Positions 1-10,364 of a stretch of 64,000 nucleotides of DNA are shown here, piece after piece; positions within the stretch are counted from its first letter, which is position 1, and each line of letters starts with the position of its first letter. The stretch comes from Obrimoposthia wandeli (Eukaryota), in NCBI GenBank assembly GCA_977020255.1, contig CDROCS010006174.1, positions 62,001 to 126,000 of the forward strand, written 5' to 3'. The position numbers were made by a program, and so were the translations under genes. The notes below the pieces were generated by a model that saw only the letters and a program-made list of their open reading frames with translations, did no database searches and had not been told where the DNA came from.

Positions 1-43
<43 letters not shown>

Positions 44-123
44 GCGCGAAGCTTGGCTCAGCACGGTCGGACATCGTACGGTTAGTACAATGGCATAAGC
101 CAGCTTAACTGCGAGACAGACAC

Positions 124-222
<99 letters not shown>

Positions 223-251
223 ACCGCCCAAGAGTTCATATCGACGGCGGT

Positions 252-294
<43 letters not shown>

Positions 295-296
295 TC

Positions 297-329
<33 letters not shown>

Positions 330-498
330 TGGTACGCGAGCTGGGTTTAGAACGTCGTGAGACAGTTCGGTCCCTATCTGCCGTGGGCGTTTGAGAATTG
401 AAGAGGGCTGCTCCTAGTACGAGAGGACCGGAGTGGACGAACCGCTGGTGTTCGGGTTGTTATGCCAATAGCATTGCCCGGTAGCTACGTTCGGAACT

Positions 499-529
<31 letters not shown>

Positions 530-665
530 AGGCTTTGAGATGAGTTCTCACTGGAGCTTTAAGCTCCCTAAAGGGTCGTTGGAGACTACAACGTTGATAG
601 GCAAGGTGTGGAAGTGCTGCGAGGCATTGAGCTAACTTGTACTAATTACCCGTGAGGCTTAACCA
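1..665 (+). rRNA. rrl: 23S rRNA, 3' portion (partial; begins before the window)
   Basis: Recognisable domain V/VI sequence: GGATAACAGGCTGATACCGCCCAAGAGTTCATATCGACGGCGGTGTTTGGCACCTCGATGTCGG, sarcin-ricin loop CTAGTACGAGAGGACCG, and 3' end CCGTGAGGCTTAACC. Confidence 0.98.
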
Positions 666-843
666 TACAACACCCAAGTAGTTTTACTGAAAAGTGACTA
701 TGAAGTGAATTGTAGGTAAGTTTGACTAACACTCGCAAGAGTGACACGTACATAAAGAATTGAATAAGAATTCGAACAAAAAACGTATTTATCATCACTG
801 AGACAAGGTCTCACTGATACAGCTTTCAAGATTGTACCCTTTT

Positions 844-960
844 TGTCTAGCGACAATAGCGACATAGTCCCACCTGATCCCATTCCGAACTCAGAAGTGA
901 AATGTGTTAGCGCCGATGGTAGTGTGGGAGTTCCCATGTGAGAGTAGGACATTGCTAGGC
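844..960 (+). rRNA. rrf: 5S rRNA
   Basis: TGTCTAGCGAC...CCCACCTGATCCCATTCCGAACTCAGAAGTGAAA...GCCGATGGTAGTGTGGG...GAGAGTAGG...GCTAGGC; the ends pair, and it follows the 23S gene. Confidence 0.97.
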
Positions 961-970
961 TTCTATTTAG

Positions 971-1001
971 AAAAGCCCGTTACGAAAGTGACGGGCTTTT
1001 T
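971..1001 (+). terminator. rrn operon terminator T1
   Basis: AAAAGCCCGTTAC-GAAA-GTGACGGGCTTTTT hairpin with T tract, 10 nt after the 5S gene. Confidence 0.9.
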
Positions 1002-1034
1002 GCTGTCTGTTGTATTAAAAAATACAGCAAAGGT

Positions 1035-1114
1035 AGCTATCAGTTTTGAGCTATCCGCTATCATTTTGAGGCATGAGAGACTTGCCGCTGACAGCTTTGA
1101 ACTTAAAAGTTTTC
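1035..1114. repeat. Imperfect heptamer tandem repeats forming loose inverted arms
   Basis: AGCTATC/AGTTTTG/AGCTATC/CGCTATC, a central GGCA..TGCC stem, then GCTGACA/GCTTTGA/ACTTAAA. Confidence 0.45.
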
Positions 1115-1133
1115 GTTTAGACTCAATTTATAG

Positions 1134-1162
1134 AAACCCATAGCTGATGCTAGGGGTTTTTT
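1134..1162 (+). terminator. rrn operon terminator T2
   Basis: AAACCCATAGC-TGAT-GCTAGGGGTTTTTT, one mismatch, followed by a T tract. Confidence 0.7.
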
Positions 1163-1646
1163 GCTTTCTGGCGTTTAAGAAACCACGTGCTTCATTGAAA
1201 GATTACTGACGTCGGTAATACAGCTTATGTGATTTAAATCATGCGAGATCAGGGCTTAACCCATTGCTATACATGTTCGTTCGAATATTTTAGCTAATAC
1301 TATGAGAGGTAGATCTGATAATTGATGTGGTGGTATCACTTATAAAAATATTATCGTCTTAACAAATATTTCAAAAAATTACTATGATGACACCTGATCG
1401 AGAGTGTATGTCACTAGTTTTTTGTATACGGCTACTATTCCACTTATGTTGTTCTTATTACATCCATATGCCGTATGTAATGAGAACAGTGAATATCTAA
1501 AAATGTTATCTATCTGATGTGTACTATAACTTGACTGCTATTTTTATTAAATACAACTGTGTGGTATTTGTATTGGTGAAAGGGTAGTAATAAAACGGAA
1601 CAAGATTAATATTCGTACTTGCTTGTTTAAATGATCTATTCAGGTG

Positions 1647-2342
1647 TTATAAAACTTTGTTTTTATTTGCTAAGTAGTTATTCGCTATGTAAACAAAATC
1701 ATTAATCGAACTATTCAAATTGCTAGCAGCAATAAAAAGATGTGCACCAAGAGCTTGGTGAAGTACCTCACTATGATGTAGAAAAGCGGCTAATGGACCT
1801 TTAATTATTTCGCCACTCTTTAAAACATAAGGTTCAAAATTTAAAATACCTTGTTCGAATGTCAGTAATTGGTGCTTAATACAGTATTGAATTAATGGCT
1901 TTTGTTCGTGGATCATGCGATTTGCTAAGCGCAGAGATATATTGTTGGCAAGAGCTTCTATAGAATTTAACTTAATACCAACGTAGTTGAGCTCTTCACG
2001 AGTGACACCTACGGTATTTGTCACGCTGTGTATGTTGCGGATTTGATGCCAGCTGAATTGCCAACTGCCGTGGCGATGGCTAAATATTAACGTTTTAGGG
2101 CTCAGTATTAAACTATGTATGGGTTCCGCTAATTTTAGTAAGCCGATAAAAATAGTGACTAAGCAAGCGAGAACCATAAATAGCAAAGGAAACCGTGCTT
2201 GCTGCCAATAGTGGCTACAGCACCAAGCCACGAAAATTAAAGCAAAAAATCCGGTTAGAGTGATAAATAAACCATGATGCCTGGCAATGGCTTTAATTCT
2301 TATAGGCGTATTATTAATTGTCATAATAGTTACTTGGAGCAA
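1647..2342 (-). CDS. DUF2982-like membrane-anchored protein (likely start ATG at 2324)
   Basis: Two N-terminal TM helices, then WQFSWHQI and YVGIKL...ISLRLA motifs resembling DUF2982; family assigned from memory. Confidence 0.65.
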   Translation of the reverse strand: MLQVTIMTINNTPIRIKAIARHHGLFITLTGFFALIFVAWCCSHYWQQARFPLLFMVLACLVTIFIGLLKLAEPIHSLILSPKTLIFSHRHGSWQFSWHQIRNIHSVTNTVGVTREELNYVGIKLNSIEALANNISLRLANRMIHEQKPLIQYCIKHQLLTFEQGILNFEPYVLKSGEIIKGPLAAFLHHSEVLHQALGAHLFIAASNLNSSINDFVYIANNYLANKNKVL

Positions 2343-2512
2343 TAAATAATTTAATTGTTACATTTTTACGGCTTGTTAAAGTCTAGTGACTAAATGCTAT
2401 GAAATAAGTTTGAAAATCTTATTCCATAGCTGTCAACCGCTTCTACTGTAGTTTTTTACTTACCGATAGATTAGACAACTGTTGTCTATGTTCAATAAAA
2501 TTTATCTATATG

Positions 2513-3700
2513 TTATAGATGAATTTTTCGTAATACTTGATTCGCTTTTTCAAATTGATTTTGATGTTCAAGTACCTGTGAAAAAGCCAGTAAATCGACA
2601 TTATCGTATTGCTTTATTTCTAGGTTCACTAAGCTGTTAAAGGCTTTTTCTGCTAACGGCCATTGCTGAGAACGAGTTGCAAAGTGAGCAACTAATGACA
2701 ACCAAAGTGCATTGTGTGGATCGTTGTGTAGGTGCTTTTGCGCTGCAGCGATTAATTTATCTGCTTGCATGATCGGTAATGACCTGACAGCTTTTAGTAG
2801 ATCAACCGCGACACCTTTTTTTATTATGGGTAATAACAATAGTGCTAAGGGTTCGTTAACTTGATTCTCTGCCAGTACTTGGCAATAGATCAGTACTATA
2901 TTTTCAGCTTGCCTAGTTTTCTTTGGTAGTTGCTGCCAATATTCCATTAGTACTGTCTGGTCATGTTGTTTAATTCTGCTATTAAAGGCGCCGTAAAATG
3001 CTTGTTGTTGCCATTCATTAACAGATTGTAATGAAATAGTTTTTTGTTTTTGGGCTGAACTTAGTAATTTAATGACATGGTCAAAACGTTTTTCAATTAA
3101 GCTCAATTCTATTTCTAAAGACAGTAGTCGTGCGTCATGACCAATATGTTTATGATGTTCATCAATGATATGTCGTGCCTGTGAATAATTTTGTTGACCG
3201 ATCAGTAATTTAATCTTAATTAAAACTGCTTCCAGACCCGCAGCTTTTAGTGTGTTCGTTTTCTGCTCGAGTAAGGCTAGGTAATGCTCGGTGTTTGGCT
3301 TTAACGCTTGTTTTTGTGCAGCATCTGCGGCAACAAGATAAGCGATATGCTCCAAAGAAGATGCTTCAGCAGATTTAGCTAATAAATGCTCTGCCTGTTT
3401 ATAATCACCCAAGACGTAAGCGGCGATACCTTTGTTGAGATCTTTAAGCGCTCTGCGACGACTAGCAAAGGCTATTTTATTCCAAGCTGCGAAACTAAAA
3501 TTAAGTCCACCACGGAAAAATTTAAGAGTGAGTAGTAACGTAATGAATACTAGCGTTAGCATAATAGTTGCGGTTACTACTGTTGATTCAATTGTTAGGT
3601 CACCCATGGCGATCAAAATATAACCTTTCTCTCCAATAAGTATTGGACTGATAGCGACAGCAGTAAGAAATAAAATTACTATTAATATAAGTCGTTTCAT
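2513..3700 (-). CDS. hemY: HemY-family heme biosynthesis-associated TPR membrane protein
   Basis: N-terminal TM plus KGYILIAMGDLTIESTV (HemY_N), TPR-like helices, last gene of hemCDXY. Confidence 0.9.
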   Translation of the reverse strand: MKRLILIVILFLTAVAISPILIGEKGYILIAMGDLTIESTVVTATIMLTLVFITLLLTLKFFRGGLNFSFAAWNKIAFASRRRALKDLNKGIAAYVLGDYKQAEHLLAKSAEASSLEHIAYLVAADAAQKQALKPNTEHYLALLEQKTNTLKAAGLEAVLIKIKLLIGQQNYSQARHIIDEHHKHIGHDARLLSLEIELSLIEKRFDHVIKLLSSAQKQKTISLQSVNEWQQQAFYGAFNSRIKQHDQTVLMEYWQQLPKKTRQAENIVLIYCQVLAENQVNEPLALLLLPIIKKGVAVDLLKAVRSLPIMQADKLIAAAQKHLHNDPHNALWLSLVAHFATRSQQWPLAEKAFNSLVNLEIKQYDNVDLLAFSQVLEHQNQFEKANQVLRKIHL

Positions 3701-5178
3701 TACGCGCCCCCTTCCTGCTCAGAGCTCTCTAGTTCGCTAGTTGATTCAAGAGCTGACTCAGAAGTTGGTTTAACAACTGGCTTAGCAATAGGTTGCGTTG
3801 TTACTTTAGTGTTATTTTTTGGCTCTGAGATCGTCGTTGTAGTTTTTTTATTATCTGACAATAATTGACGAATCACCTTTAATGCCGAAATATTGTTAGG
3901 GTAGTTAACTTCAACGGTAGCCATTTTCAACGTGCTAATGACATTAGAAAAATTTTGATTCGCTTGATCTGTTACATCAAAATAATCTTTAACCCAGTTT
4001 TGGACATCATTAAGAGCTTTACGGTAAATTTCACTGTTAGCTTGGTTTGCTGCCCATATGGCTGTTTGTAATTTTAGATTTAAATTTTCACGTAAGTTTT
4101 GTTGAAACTGTGGTGACATTAAAGGCTCAGCGTCAGCCGTTTTCCGGTTAATGGTAATAAAATCTGCAATAAACTTACGCCATGTTTTAGCTAGGTTTTC
4201 TTGCCAATCGCTTATATTATCTGTTAATTCTAAATCAGTAGCGCTGTCATTGCCTTTTGGCATATTTGCTGACTTTAGCGTTAGTTGGTTTGTTTGCTGT
4301 GCAAGTGCCATAAGTTTTAAAATCACGTCGTCAGTTTCTAGCGTTGGCAATAACTGTAATTTAGCAATATCTTGTTGAATAGTTTGGCGTAATGCCAAAA
4401 ATTGAGGATCATTCAACTCTTGAATACGTAAGTCTGCGTCGTTGAGTAAACTCAGCGCTGTGCGTGTATCTTGTTCTAGCCATAAGCTTCTTGCTGCGAT
4501 ACGAATAAGGTACTCAGCTTCTTGCAATAACCAATCGCTTGGTTGGTCTTGGCGTAAGTTTGCCATTTGTTGAGTCAGTAGTGCTATCTGCTGTTCAAAC
4601 TTAGCTATTTGTGACGCCGAATTCTTTTCAACAGTGGCAATAACAGCTTTCAGTTGAGCATTACTCTGCTGTGTTTGCTGTTGTAATAGTCCTGTAACTT
4701 GGTTTTGGCCTTGCTTTAATTCTTGTTGTAGCTGCAGCTGAAATTTTTCGCTCAACTGTTGAGAAAATTGTACTTTTTGTTGTTCATTCCAATAATAATG
4801 ACCAGCACTGGCTGCAAGAGCTAATAGTGCTATAAAAAATGCTAACAGAGCCATTTTAGATATTTTACTTTTCTGGTTATTACTGGTCTTAGTATTTAGC
4901 GGTGATTTTTTAGCAGAGGGTGTTGTTGGTGCTATCGAAGCTTTATCTTTCACTGTGGTTGCGCTCTTGTCTGGTTTTGATTTAGTAGATGATTGAGTTT
5001 TGCTCGTGCTATTTTTAGTCGAAGGTTTTTCAGTGCTAGAGGCTTCACTTGACGGTGATAAGGGCGGCGAGCTAATGTCGATTGACGCAGATAAATCCGT
5101 TGGACTTTCCGCACTATGACTAGACGTTGTAATATCGCCATTAGGTTTTTTTTGCTCGGCTTGCTTTTTATCGCTCAT
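3700..5178 (-). CDS. hemX: HemX-family protein (annotated uroporphyrinogen-III C-methyltransferase) with long low-complexity termini
   Basis: TM, coiled coil, DWLLQEAEYLIRIAARSLWLEQD and PLMSPQFQQNLRENLNLKL motifs; lies between hemD and hemY. Confidence 0.9.
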   Translation of the reverse strand: MSDKKQAEQKKPNGDITTSSHSAESPTDLSASIDISSPPLSPSSEASSTEKPSTKNSTSKTQSSTKSKPDKSATTVKDKASIAPTTPSAKKSPLNTKTSNNQKSKISKMALLAFFIALLALAASAGHYYWNEQQKVQFSQQLSEKFQLQLQQELKQGQNQVTGLLQQQTQQSNAQLKAVIATVEKNSASQIAKFEQQIALLTQQMANLRQDQPSDWLLQEAEYLIRIAARSLWLEQDTRTALSLLNDADLRIQELNDPQFLALRQTIQQDIAKLQLLPTLETDDVILKLMALAQQTNQLTLKSANMPKGNDSATDLELTDNISDWQENLAKTWRKFIADFITINRKTADAEPLMSPQFQQNLRENLNLKLQTAIWAANQANSEIYRKALNDVQNWVKDYFDVTDQANQNFSNVISTLKMATVEVNYPNNISALKVIRQLLSDNKKTTTTISEPKNNTKVTTQPIAKPVVKPTSESALESTSELESSEQEGGA

Positions 5179-5220
5179 GAACTGATCCCATCTCTACATG
5201 TTGGCGTTAGGCACTTTGAT

Positions 5221-5994
5221 TTACTTTACTGAGGTACTGCCCATGCCATTTGATATTTCTGCTTGTGTAAGTGCTGATATAATGGCGTTAGTATTGGCGC
5301 CATTGGCATTTATTACGTGGTTAAAACCCCTATTTTTAGCATTACTAGCAATTCTTTCACTGGCTACAATCCACAGACATTGTTCTTTCCAGTAACTATC
5401 CGAATGCTGCATTAAGTTTACTATGAATTCTAATAAAGCGTTACTAGTGATTAAGATACAATTTATCTGCTGTTGATGCCATGTTTTGATGACATCAAGT
5501 GAGTAATTTCGCCAAACACGTCGGTAACTTTCAAAATAATGCACTAGAGCGCCACGACGTCGAAGACCTTCAGCTATAAGCTCTCTACCGCCATCACCAC
5601 GAATAATGAGTATCTCTTTTGCTTGCACATTTTGTAAGGGAGCCAAAGTCAGTAGCCCTTCACTGTCATGTTTTTCTGGCACTAAAGCCGTAATTCCTAA
5701 TGCTTTTAGCGCTTGGCAAGTAGCATTACCCACGGCAATATATGTTTGTGTCTGCCATGTCGAAATAGGGATTAATTTATTGGCAAACTCTACAGCAGCA
5801 ACGCTAATAAAAATAACGATAGGATGATTCAATGGTTGCTGTATAGCGAATAGTTGCTTGGTGTCGGCGTTACCTTGATAGTCAAAGAGCGGCTGACAAT
5901 AGCTTTGATAGCCTCTGCTGTTCAGGCATTGTTGTAGCTCGCGCCCTGCTTTTTCAGGGCGCGTTATTAATAACTTCAGCTTATACTTGCTCAT
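5221..5994 (-). CDS. hemD: Uroporphyrinogen-III synthase
   Basis: [39 protein letters not shown] motifs. ATG at 5994 overlaps the hemC stop and is preferred over the track start at 6021. Confidence 0.93.
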   Translation of the reverse strand: MSKYKLKLLITRPEKAGRELQQCLNSRGYQSYCQPLFDYQGNADTKQLFAIQQPLNHPIVIFISVAAVEFANKLIPISTWQTQTYIAVGNATCQALKALGITALVPEKHDSEGLLTLAPLQNVQAKEILIIRGDGGRELIAEGLRRRGALVHYFESYRRVWRNYSLDVIKTWHQQQINCILITSNALLEFIVNLMQHSDSYWKEQCLWIVASERIASNAKNRGFNHVINANGANTNAIISALTQAEISNGMGSTSVK

Positions 5995-6913
5995 AAACCT
6001 GGCGAAGAATTTTGTCGGCACCTTTAGCGAGTAATTGCTCTGCTAATTGGTTGCCTAATTCTGCAGCATCGTTAATGCTGCCGCGAACGTCACTGGTGAG
6101 TATCTCACTACCGTCAATAGCACCCACTAAGCCTCTCAAGTGAATTTGTTGACCTTCAAGTACGGCATAGCTACCAATAGGAACTTGACAGCCACCTTCA
6201 AGAGCGCGATTCATGGCACGTTCAGCAATCACGCGAATACGTGTTTCTTCACAACCAAGCGGAGCTAATAATGCTTTTATTGTTTCATCGTCACTGCGGC
6301 ACTCAATACCGACAGCGCCCTGGCCATTGGCAGGTAACATAACTTCTGCAGCAATATATTCACGAATACGCTCAGGCATTTCTAAACGGATAAGGCCAGC
6401 CGCCGCGAGAATAATCGCATCGTATTCACCATTGTCGAGCTTTTTAAGGCGCGTGTTAACATTACCGCGCAGGTCTCGAATGATTAGGTCTGGACGCATT
6501 GCTTTAATTTGGCACTGACGACGTAAGCTTGACGTGCCTACAACGGCACCTTGCGGTAATTCAGCCAAGCTATTAATGGTATTAGAAACAAAAGCGTCTC
6601 TGGGATCTTCACGCGGACAAATAATTTCTAACCCTAAACCTTCAGGAAACTCTACCGGCACGTCTTTCATTGAATGCACAGCAATATCGGCACGATCTTC
6701 TAACATTGCTACTTCAAGTTCTTTAACAAATAAGCCTTTGCCGCCAACTTTCGCTAATGGCGTGTCTAGAATGATGTCACCTTTTGTGGTCATCGGTACT
6801 AGCTCAACGTTGATACCTGGATGAAAGTGCTCAAGTTGCGCTTTTACATATTCTGCTTGCCATAGTGCTAAGGCGCTTTTTCGCGTTGCAATACGTACGG
6901 TTTGTTGCGTCAT
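5981..6913 (-). CDS. hemC: Hydroxymethylbilane synthase (porphobilinogen deaminase)
   Basis: [55 protein letters not shown]. Confidence 0.98.
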   Translation of the reverse strand: MTQQTVRIATRKSALALWQAEYVKAQLEHFHPGINVELVPMTTKGDIILDTPLAKVGGKGLFVKELEVAMLEDRADIAVHSMKDVPVEFPEGLGLEIICPREDPRDAFVSNTINSLAELPQGAVVGTSSLRRQCQIKAMRPDLIIRDLRGNVNTRLKKLDNGEYDAIILAAAGLIRLEMPERIREYIAAEVMLPANGQGAVGIECRSDDETIKALLAPLGCEETRIRVIAERAMNRALEGGCQVPIGSYAVLEGQQIHLRGLVGAIDGSEILTSDVRGSINDAAELGNQLAEQLLAKGADKILRQVYEQV

Positions 6914-6934
6914 TTCAATTACCTTATTTAATAT

Positions 6935-7255
6935 TTATTGCGCAGAAAGCACGATGTTTTCGTCTGCTTGTTTACTGACTGCGTTAGATAAAAACTGCCA
7001 CAATTCCCCGCCGCCACGTTTATCAAACCACTGATCATTTTCGAAATGAAAGTGATGACCGTTAAATTTTGTCGCTACCCAAATTTCATGTAAAGGGGCT
7101 TGTTTGTTAATAATGATTTTACTGCTATTTTTAAATGTCAGCGTTAATAATCCGCCAACACCTTCGTAATCGATATCGTAACCGCACTCTTCAATGGCTT
7201 CTTCTACCGCAAGTAAGATATTTTCTGCGGCGATATTGTATTGACTATCATTCAT
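6935..7255 (-). CDS. cyaY: Frataxin-like iron donor CyaY
   Basis: GGLLTLTF, IIINKQAPLHEIWVATKFNGHHF. Confidence 0.95.
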   Translation of the reverse strand: MNDSQYNIAAENILLAVEEAIEECGYDIDYEGVGGLLTLTFKNSSKIIINKQAPLHEIWVATKFNGHHFHFENDQWFDKRGGGELWQFLSNAVSKQADENIVLSAQ

Positions 7256-7365
7256 TAACTGTTCCTTTATACCCTAGCTTTAAGATTGTGTAATCTTTGC
7301 TTGGTAATTGTTGGTCAAGGGATTATAAAACGTCTATCATGGGAAAAAAATCGAATAAATCAATT

Positions 7366-7536
7366 ATGCGTAAACAAATTGCAATTATTTTCATCTGTTT
7401 GCTTAGTTTAACAACTATAACAGGCTGTGGCATTAAAGGTCCTTTATACCAAACTCCTGAGCAACAGCAAGAAAACTTACCGAAAACAAGCGAAGAAACT
7501 GATAAAAGTAGTGATAAAACCCGTTTAGAACCGTAG
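7366..7536 (+). CDS. lptM: Small lipoprotein LptM/YifL family
   Basis: Signal peptide and lipobox ITGC followed by GIKGPLY (CGxKGPLY motif); directly upstream of lysA-dapF. Start taken at ATG 7366. Confidence 0.85.
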   Translation: MRKQIAIIFICLLSLTTITGCGIKGPLYQTPEQQQENLPKTSEETDKSSDKTRLEP

Positions 7537-7547
7537 GAATAAATGCA

Positions 7548-8798
7548 TTGGACTTTTTCAATCGTAAACAACACTCATTATATGCCGAACAATGTCCTGT
7601 TACTGAGCTAGCAAAGGAATACGGCACACCTTTATATGTCTATTCTCGGGCTACCATTGAACGACATTGGCATGCTTTTGACCAAGCCGCAGGAGAGCGA
7701 CCTCATCTTGTTTGTTATGCGGTGAAAGCCAATAGTAACATTGCGGTATTAAATGTCATGGCCCGACTTGGCTCTGGTTTTGATATTGTCTCTAAAGGCG
7801 AGTTGATGCGAGTGATCGAAGCCGGTGGCGATCCTAAAAAAGTCGTATTTTCAGGGGTTGGGAAAACATCTGAAGAGATTGCTTATGCGCTTAATCTCGA
7901 TATTTATTGTTTTAATGTTGAATCATCGGCTGAATTAGAACGTATTCAATCTGTAGCTCAAGCGCTAAATAAAGTTGCCCCTATTTCATTGCGGGTTAAC
8001 CCTGATGTTGATGCCGGCACACATCCTTATATTTCAACGGGTTTAAAAGAAAATAAGTTTGGTATCAGTATCGAGCAAGCTCCTGAGTTATATCAATATG
8101 CGACAACGTTATCGCATATTAATATTCAGGGGGTCGATTGTCACATTGGTTCACAGTTAACCGAAGTTTTACCTTTTTTAGATGCGCTTGACCGAGTATT
8201 AAAGTTAGTAGATCAACTTGCTGAACAAGGCATAAAGTTATCCCATATTGATGTTGGCGGTGGTTTAGGTGTTTGTTACGATGATGAAAAGCCGCCACAC
8301 CCTAATGAGTATGCAAAAGCCATTGCAGAAAAATTAGTCGGTCGCGATCTAAAGCTTATCTATGAACCAGGCCGTGCCGTAATGGCAAATGCCGGTATTT
8401 TGGTTACCGAAGTTGAATATCTAAAAATTAGTGAAGAACGAAATTTTGCTATTGTTGATGCGGCAATGAATGATTTGATCAGACCAGCGTTATACCAAGC
8501 TTGGCAAGCGATCATTCCTGTTGAACAACGTGATGATGTTGTCAGCGAGCAATATGATGTCGTTGGTCCTATTTGTGAAACCGGTGACTTTTTGGGTAAA
8601 GAACGTATGCTTGCCATACGTGCGGGTGACTTACTCGCCGTACGCAGTGCTGGTGCTTATGGTTTTACTATGAGCTCTAATTACAATAGTCGCCCACGTG
8701 CTGCCGAAGTGATGGTAGACGGTGATGAAAGTTATTTGATCAGAGAACGTGAAGCTTTAAGCCAATTATGGCAAGGCGAAAGCTTATTACCTTTATAG
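7548..8798 (+). CDS. lysA: Diaminopimelate decarboxylase
   Basis: YAVKANSN (PLP lysine), SLRVNP, HIGSQ, EPGRA, GPICETGD, MSSNYNSRPR; TTG start with AGGAA RBS. Confidence 0.98.
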   Translation: MDFFNRKQHSLYAEQCPVTELAKEYGTPLYVYSRATIERHWHAFDQAAGERPHLVCYAVKANSNIAVLNVMARLGSGFDIVSKGELMRVIEAGGDPKKVVFSGVGKTSEEIAYALNLDIYCFNVESSAELERIQSVAQALNKVAPISLRVNPDVDAGTHPYISTGLKENKFGISIEQAPELYQYATTLSHINIQGVDCHIGSQLTEVLPFLDALDRVLKLVDQLAEQGIKLSHIDVGGGLGVCYDDEKPPHPNEYAKAIAEKLVGRDLKLIYEPGRAVMANAGILVTEVEYLKISEERNFAIVDAAMNDLIRPALYQAWQAIIPVEQRDDVVSEQYDVVGPICETGDFLGKERMLAIRAGDLLAVRSAGAYGFTMSSNYNSRPRAAEVMVDGDESYLIREREALSQLWQGESLLPL

Positions 8799-8815
8799 TG
8801 TGAGACGAAGTGTAG

Positions 8816-9646
8816 ATGTTAGTAAATTTTTCTAAAATGCACGGTTTAGGTAACGATTTTCTCGTGCTCGACAACGTGACTCAAAATGTTTATTTGTCGA
8901 ACGAGCAGATTAAGCAACTTGCTGATCGACACTATGGTGTTGGTTTTGATCAAGTGCTTGTTGTTGAACCTCCGTATGATCCCGAGCTAGATTTTCACTA
9001 CCGCATTTTTAATGCTGACGGTAGTGAGGTTGGGCAATGTGGCAATGGCGCTCGTTGCTTTGCTAAGTTTGTCCGTTTAAAAAGCTTAACGAATAAGCAT
9101 AAAATTAAAGTATCAACACAATCGGGGAAAATGACCTTATTTATTGAGCGAGACGGTAATGTTTCGGTCAATATGCCGGTACCACAATTTGAACCCGCTA
9201 AAATTCCGTTTACGGCGCAAAAAGCAGAAGGCACTTATATTTTGCGTAGCGAAGAAGAAACGGTACTTTGTGGTGTGGTTTCTATGGGTAATCCACATTG
9301 TGTTTTAACCGTTGATGATGTGACAGAAGCGCCAGTAGCTCGCTTGGGTGAAGCCTTATCATTACATGAACGCTTTCCTCAACAAGCCAACATCAGTTTT
9401 ATGGAAGTTGTTTCTCCTGAATATATTAAATTGCGTGTTTATGAGCGCGGTGCCGCAGAGACACTGGCTTGTGGTAGTGGTGCCTGCGCTGCTGTTGTTA
9501 TCGGTCAGATGCAAAAAAAGCTCAATCGACAAGTGTTAGTTGATTTACCTGGTGGCCAATTAAAAATATTTTGGAAAGGCCCTGGGAATTCAGTGAAAAT
9601 GACCGGCCCTGCCGTTCATGTTTTTGATGGTCAGATAAATCTATGA
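8816..9646 (+). CDS. dapF: Diaminopimelate epimerase
   Basis: [38 protein letters not shown]. Confidence 0.98.
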   Translation: MLVNFSKMHGLGNDFLVLDNVTQNVYLSNEQIKQLADRHYGVGFDQVLVVEPPYDPELDFHYRIFNADGSEVGQCGNGARCFAKFVRLKSLTNKHKIKVSTQSGKMTLFIERDGNVSVNMPVPQFEPAKIPFTAQKAEGTYILRSEEETVLCGVVSMGNPHCVLTVDDVTEAPVARLGEALSLHERFPQQANISFMEVVSPEYIKLRVYERGAAETLACGSGACAAVVIGQMQKKLNRQVLVDLPGGQLKIFWKGPGNSVKMTGPAVHVFDGQINL

Positions 9647-10353
9647 ATCAAGATAATAATAACTCTATGCAAGGCAGCGACCAAACCCCAATGTTAGATG
9701 ACGATATACAGTTAACCGATGAATTAATCGCTAGCTATTTACGAGAGCACCCTGAATTTTTTAATCGCCAAGCAGAGCTTGTGACCAACTTACGATTACC
9801 CGATCGTCATCGCGGTACTATTTCTTTAGTTGAACGTCAGTTGTCACAACAACGACAAAAAATTCATAGCTTGGAAGAAGAAATTACACAATTAATGGTC
9901 GTGGCAAATCACAATGAGCAACTCTTTGCTTTATACAGTGATCTCTATTTACGCCTACTTGATTGTACTGCAGCAGAAGAATTACTGGACTGCTTACATC
10001 AGGCTACAACACAATTATTGTCGTTAGAGTCATTAAAAGTTTGGTTAGTAAAGCCGACTAATATTAAGCATAGCGCTTTAATTACTGAAGATTGCAGCGT
10101 TATTATTGAAAACAGATTAAGTAAAGACGAATACTATTTTGGTCGTTTACAACAAAGTGAACAAGAGCTGATTTTTGCTGAATCGGTTTCGGGCTCGGTA
10201 GTTTTAGTACGCTTGAGTCATCAACAAGAAGATATTGGATTTTTGGTTATTAGTAGCCGAGATGCAGAACATTTTGATCCGCGTATGGATACCCTCTTGC
10301 TAGGCCAATTTAAAAAATTGGTGGCAAAACTTCTACACCAACACCTTTATTAA
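9643..10353 (+). CDS. yigA: DUF484 family protein (YigA)
   Basis: [27 protein letters not shown]; overlaps the dapF stop. Confidence 0.9.
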   Translation: MNQDNNNSMQGSDQTPMLDDDIQLTDELIASYLREHPEFFNRQAELVTNLRLPDRHRGTISLVERQLSQQRQKIHSLEEEITQLMVVANHNEQLFALYSDLYLRLLDCTAAEELLDCLHQATTQLLSLESLKVWLVKPTNIKHSALITEDCSVIIENRLSKDEYYFGRLQQSEQELIFAESVSGSVVLVRLSHQQEDIGFLVISSRDAEHFDPRMDTLLLGQFKKLVAKLLHQHLY

Positions 10354-10364
10354 GGGATGACATT

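Noticed and set aside
82-279. 65-aa minus-strand ORF, plus ORFs at 698-952 and 904-1143
   Set aside because: They overlap 23S/5S rRNA and terminators; these are shadow ORFs.
1272-1292. GTTCGAAT T-loop-like motif suggesting a distal rrn tRNA
   Set aside because: The flanks do not form a T stem and there is no cloverleaf.
1384-1500. 38-aa ORF MMTPDRECMSLVFC...
   Set aside because: No RBS and atypical composition; only the hairpin in this region was kept as part of a finding.
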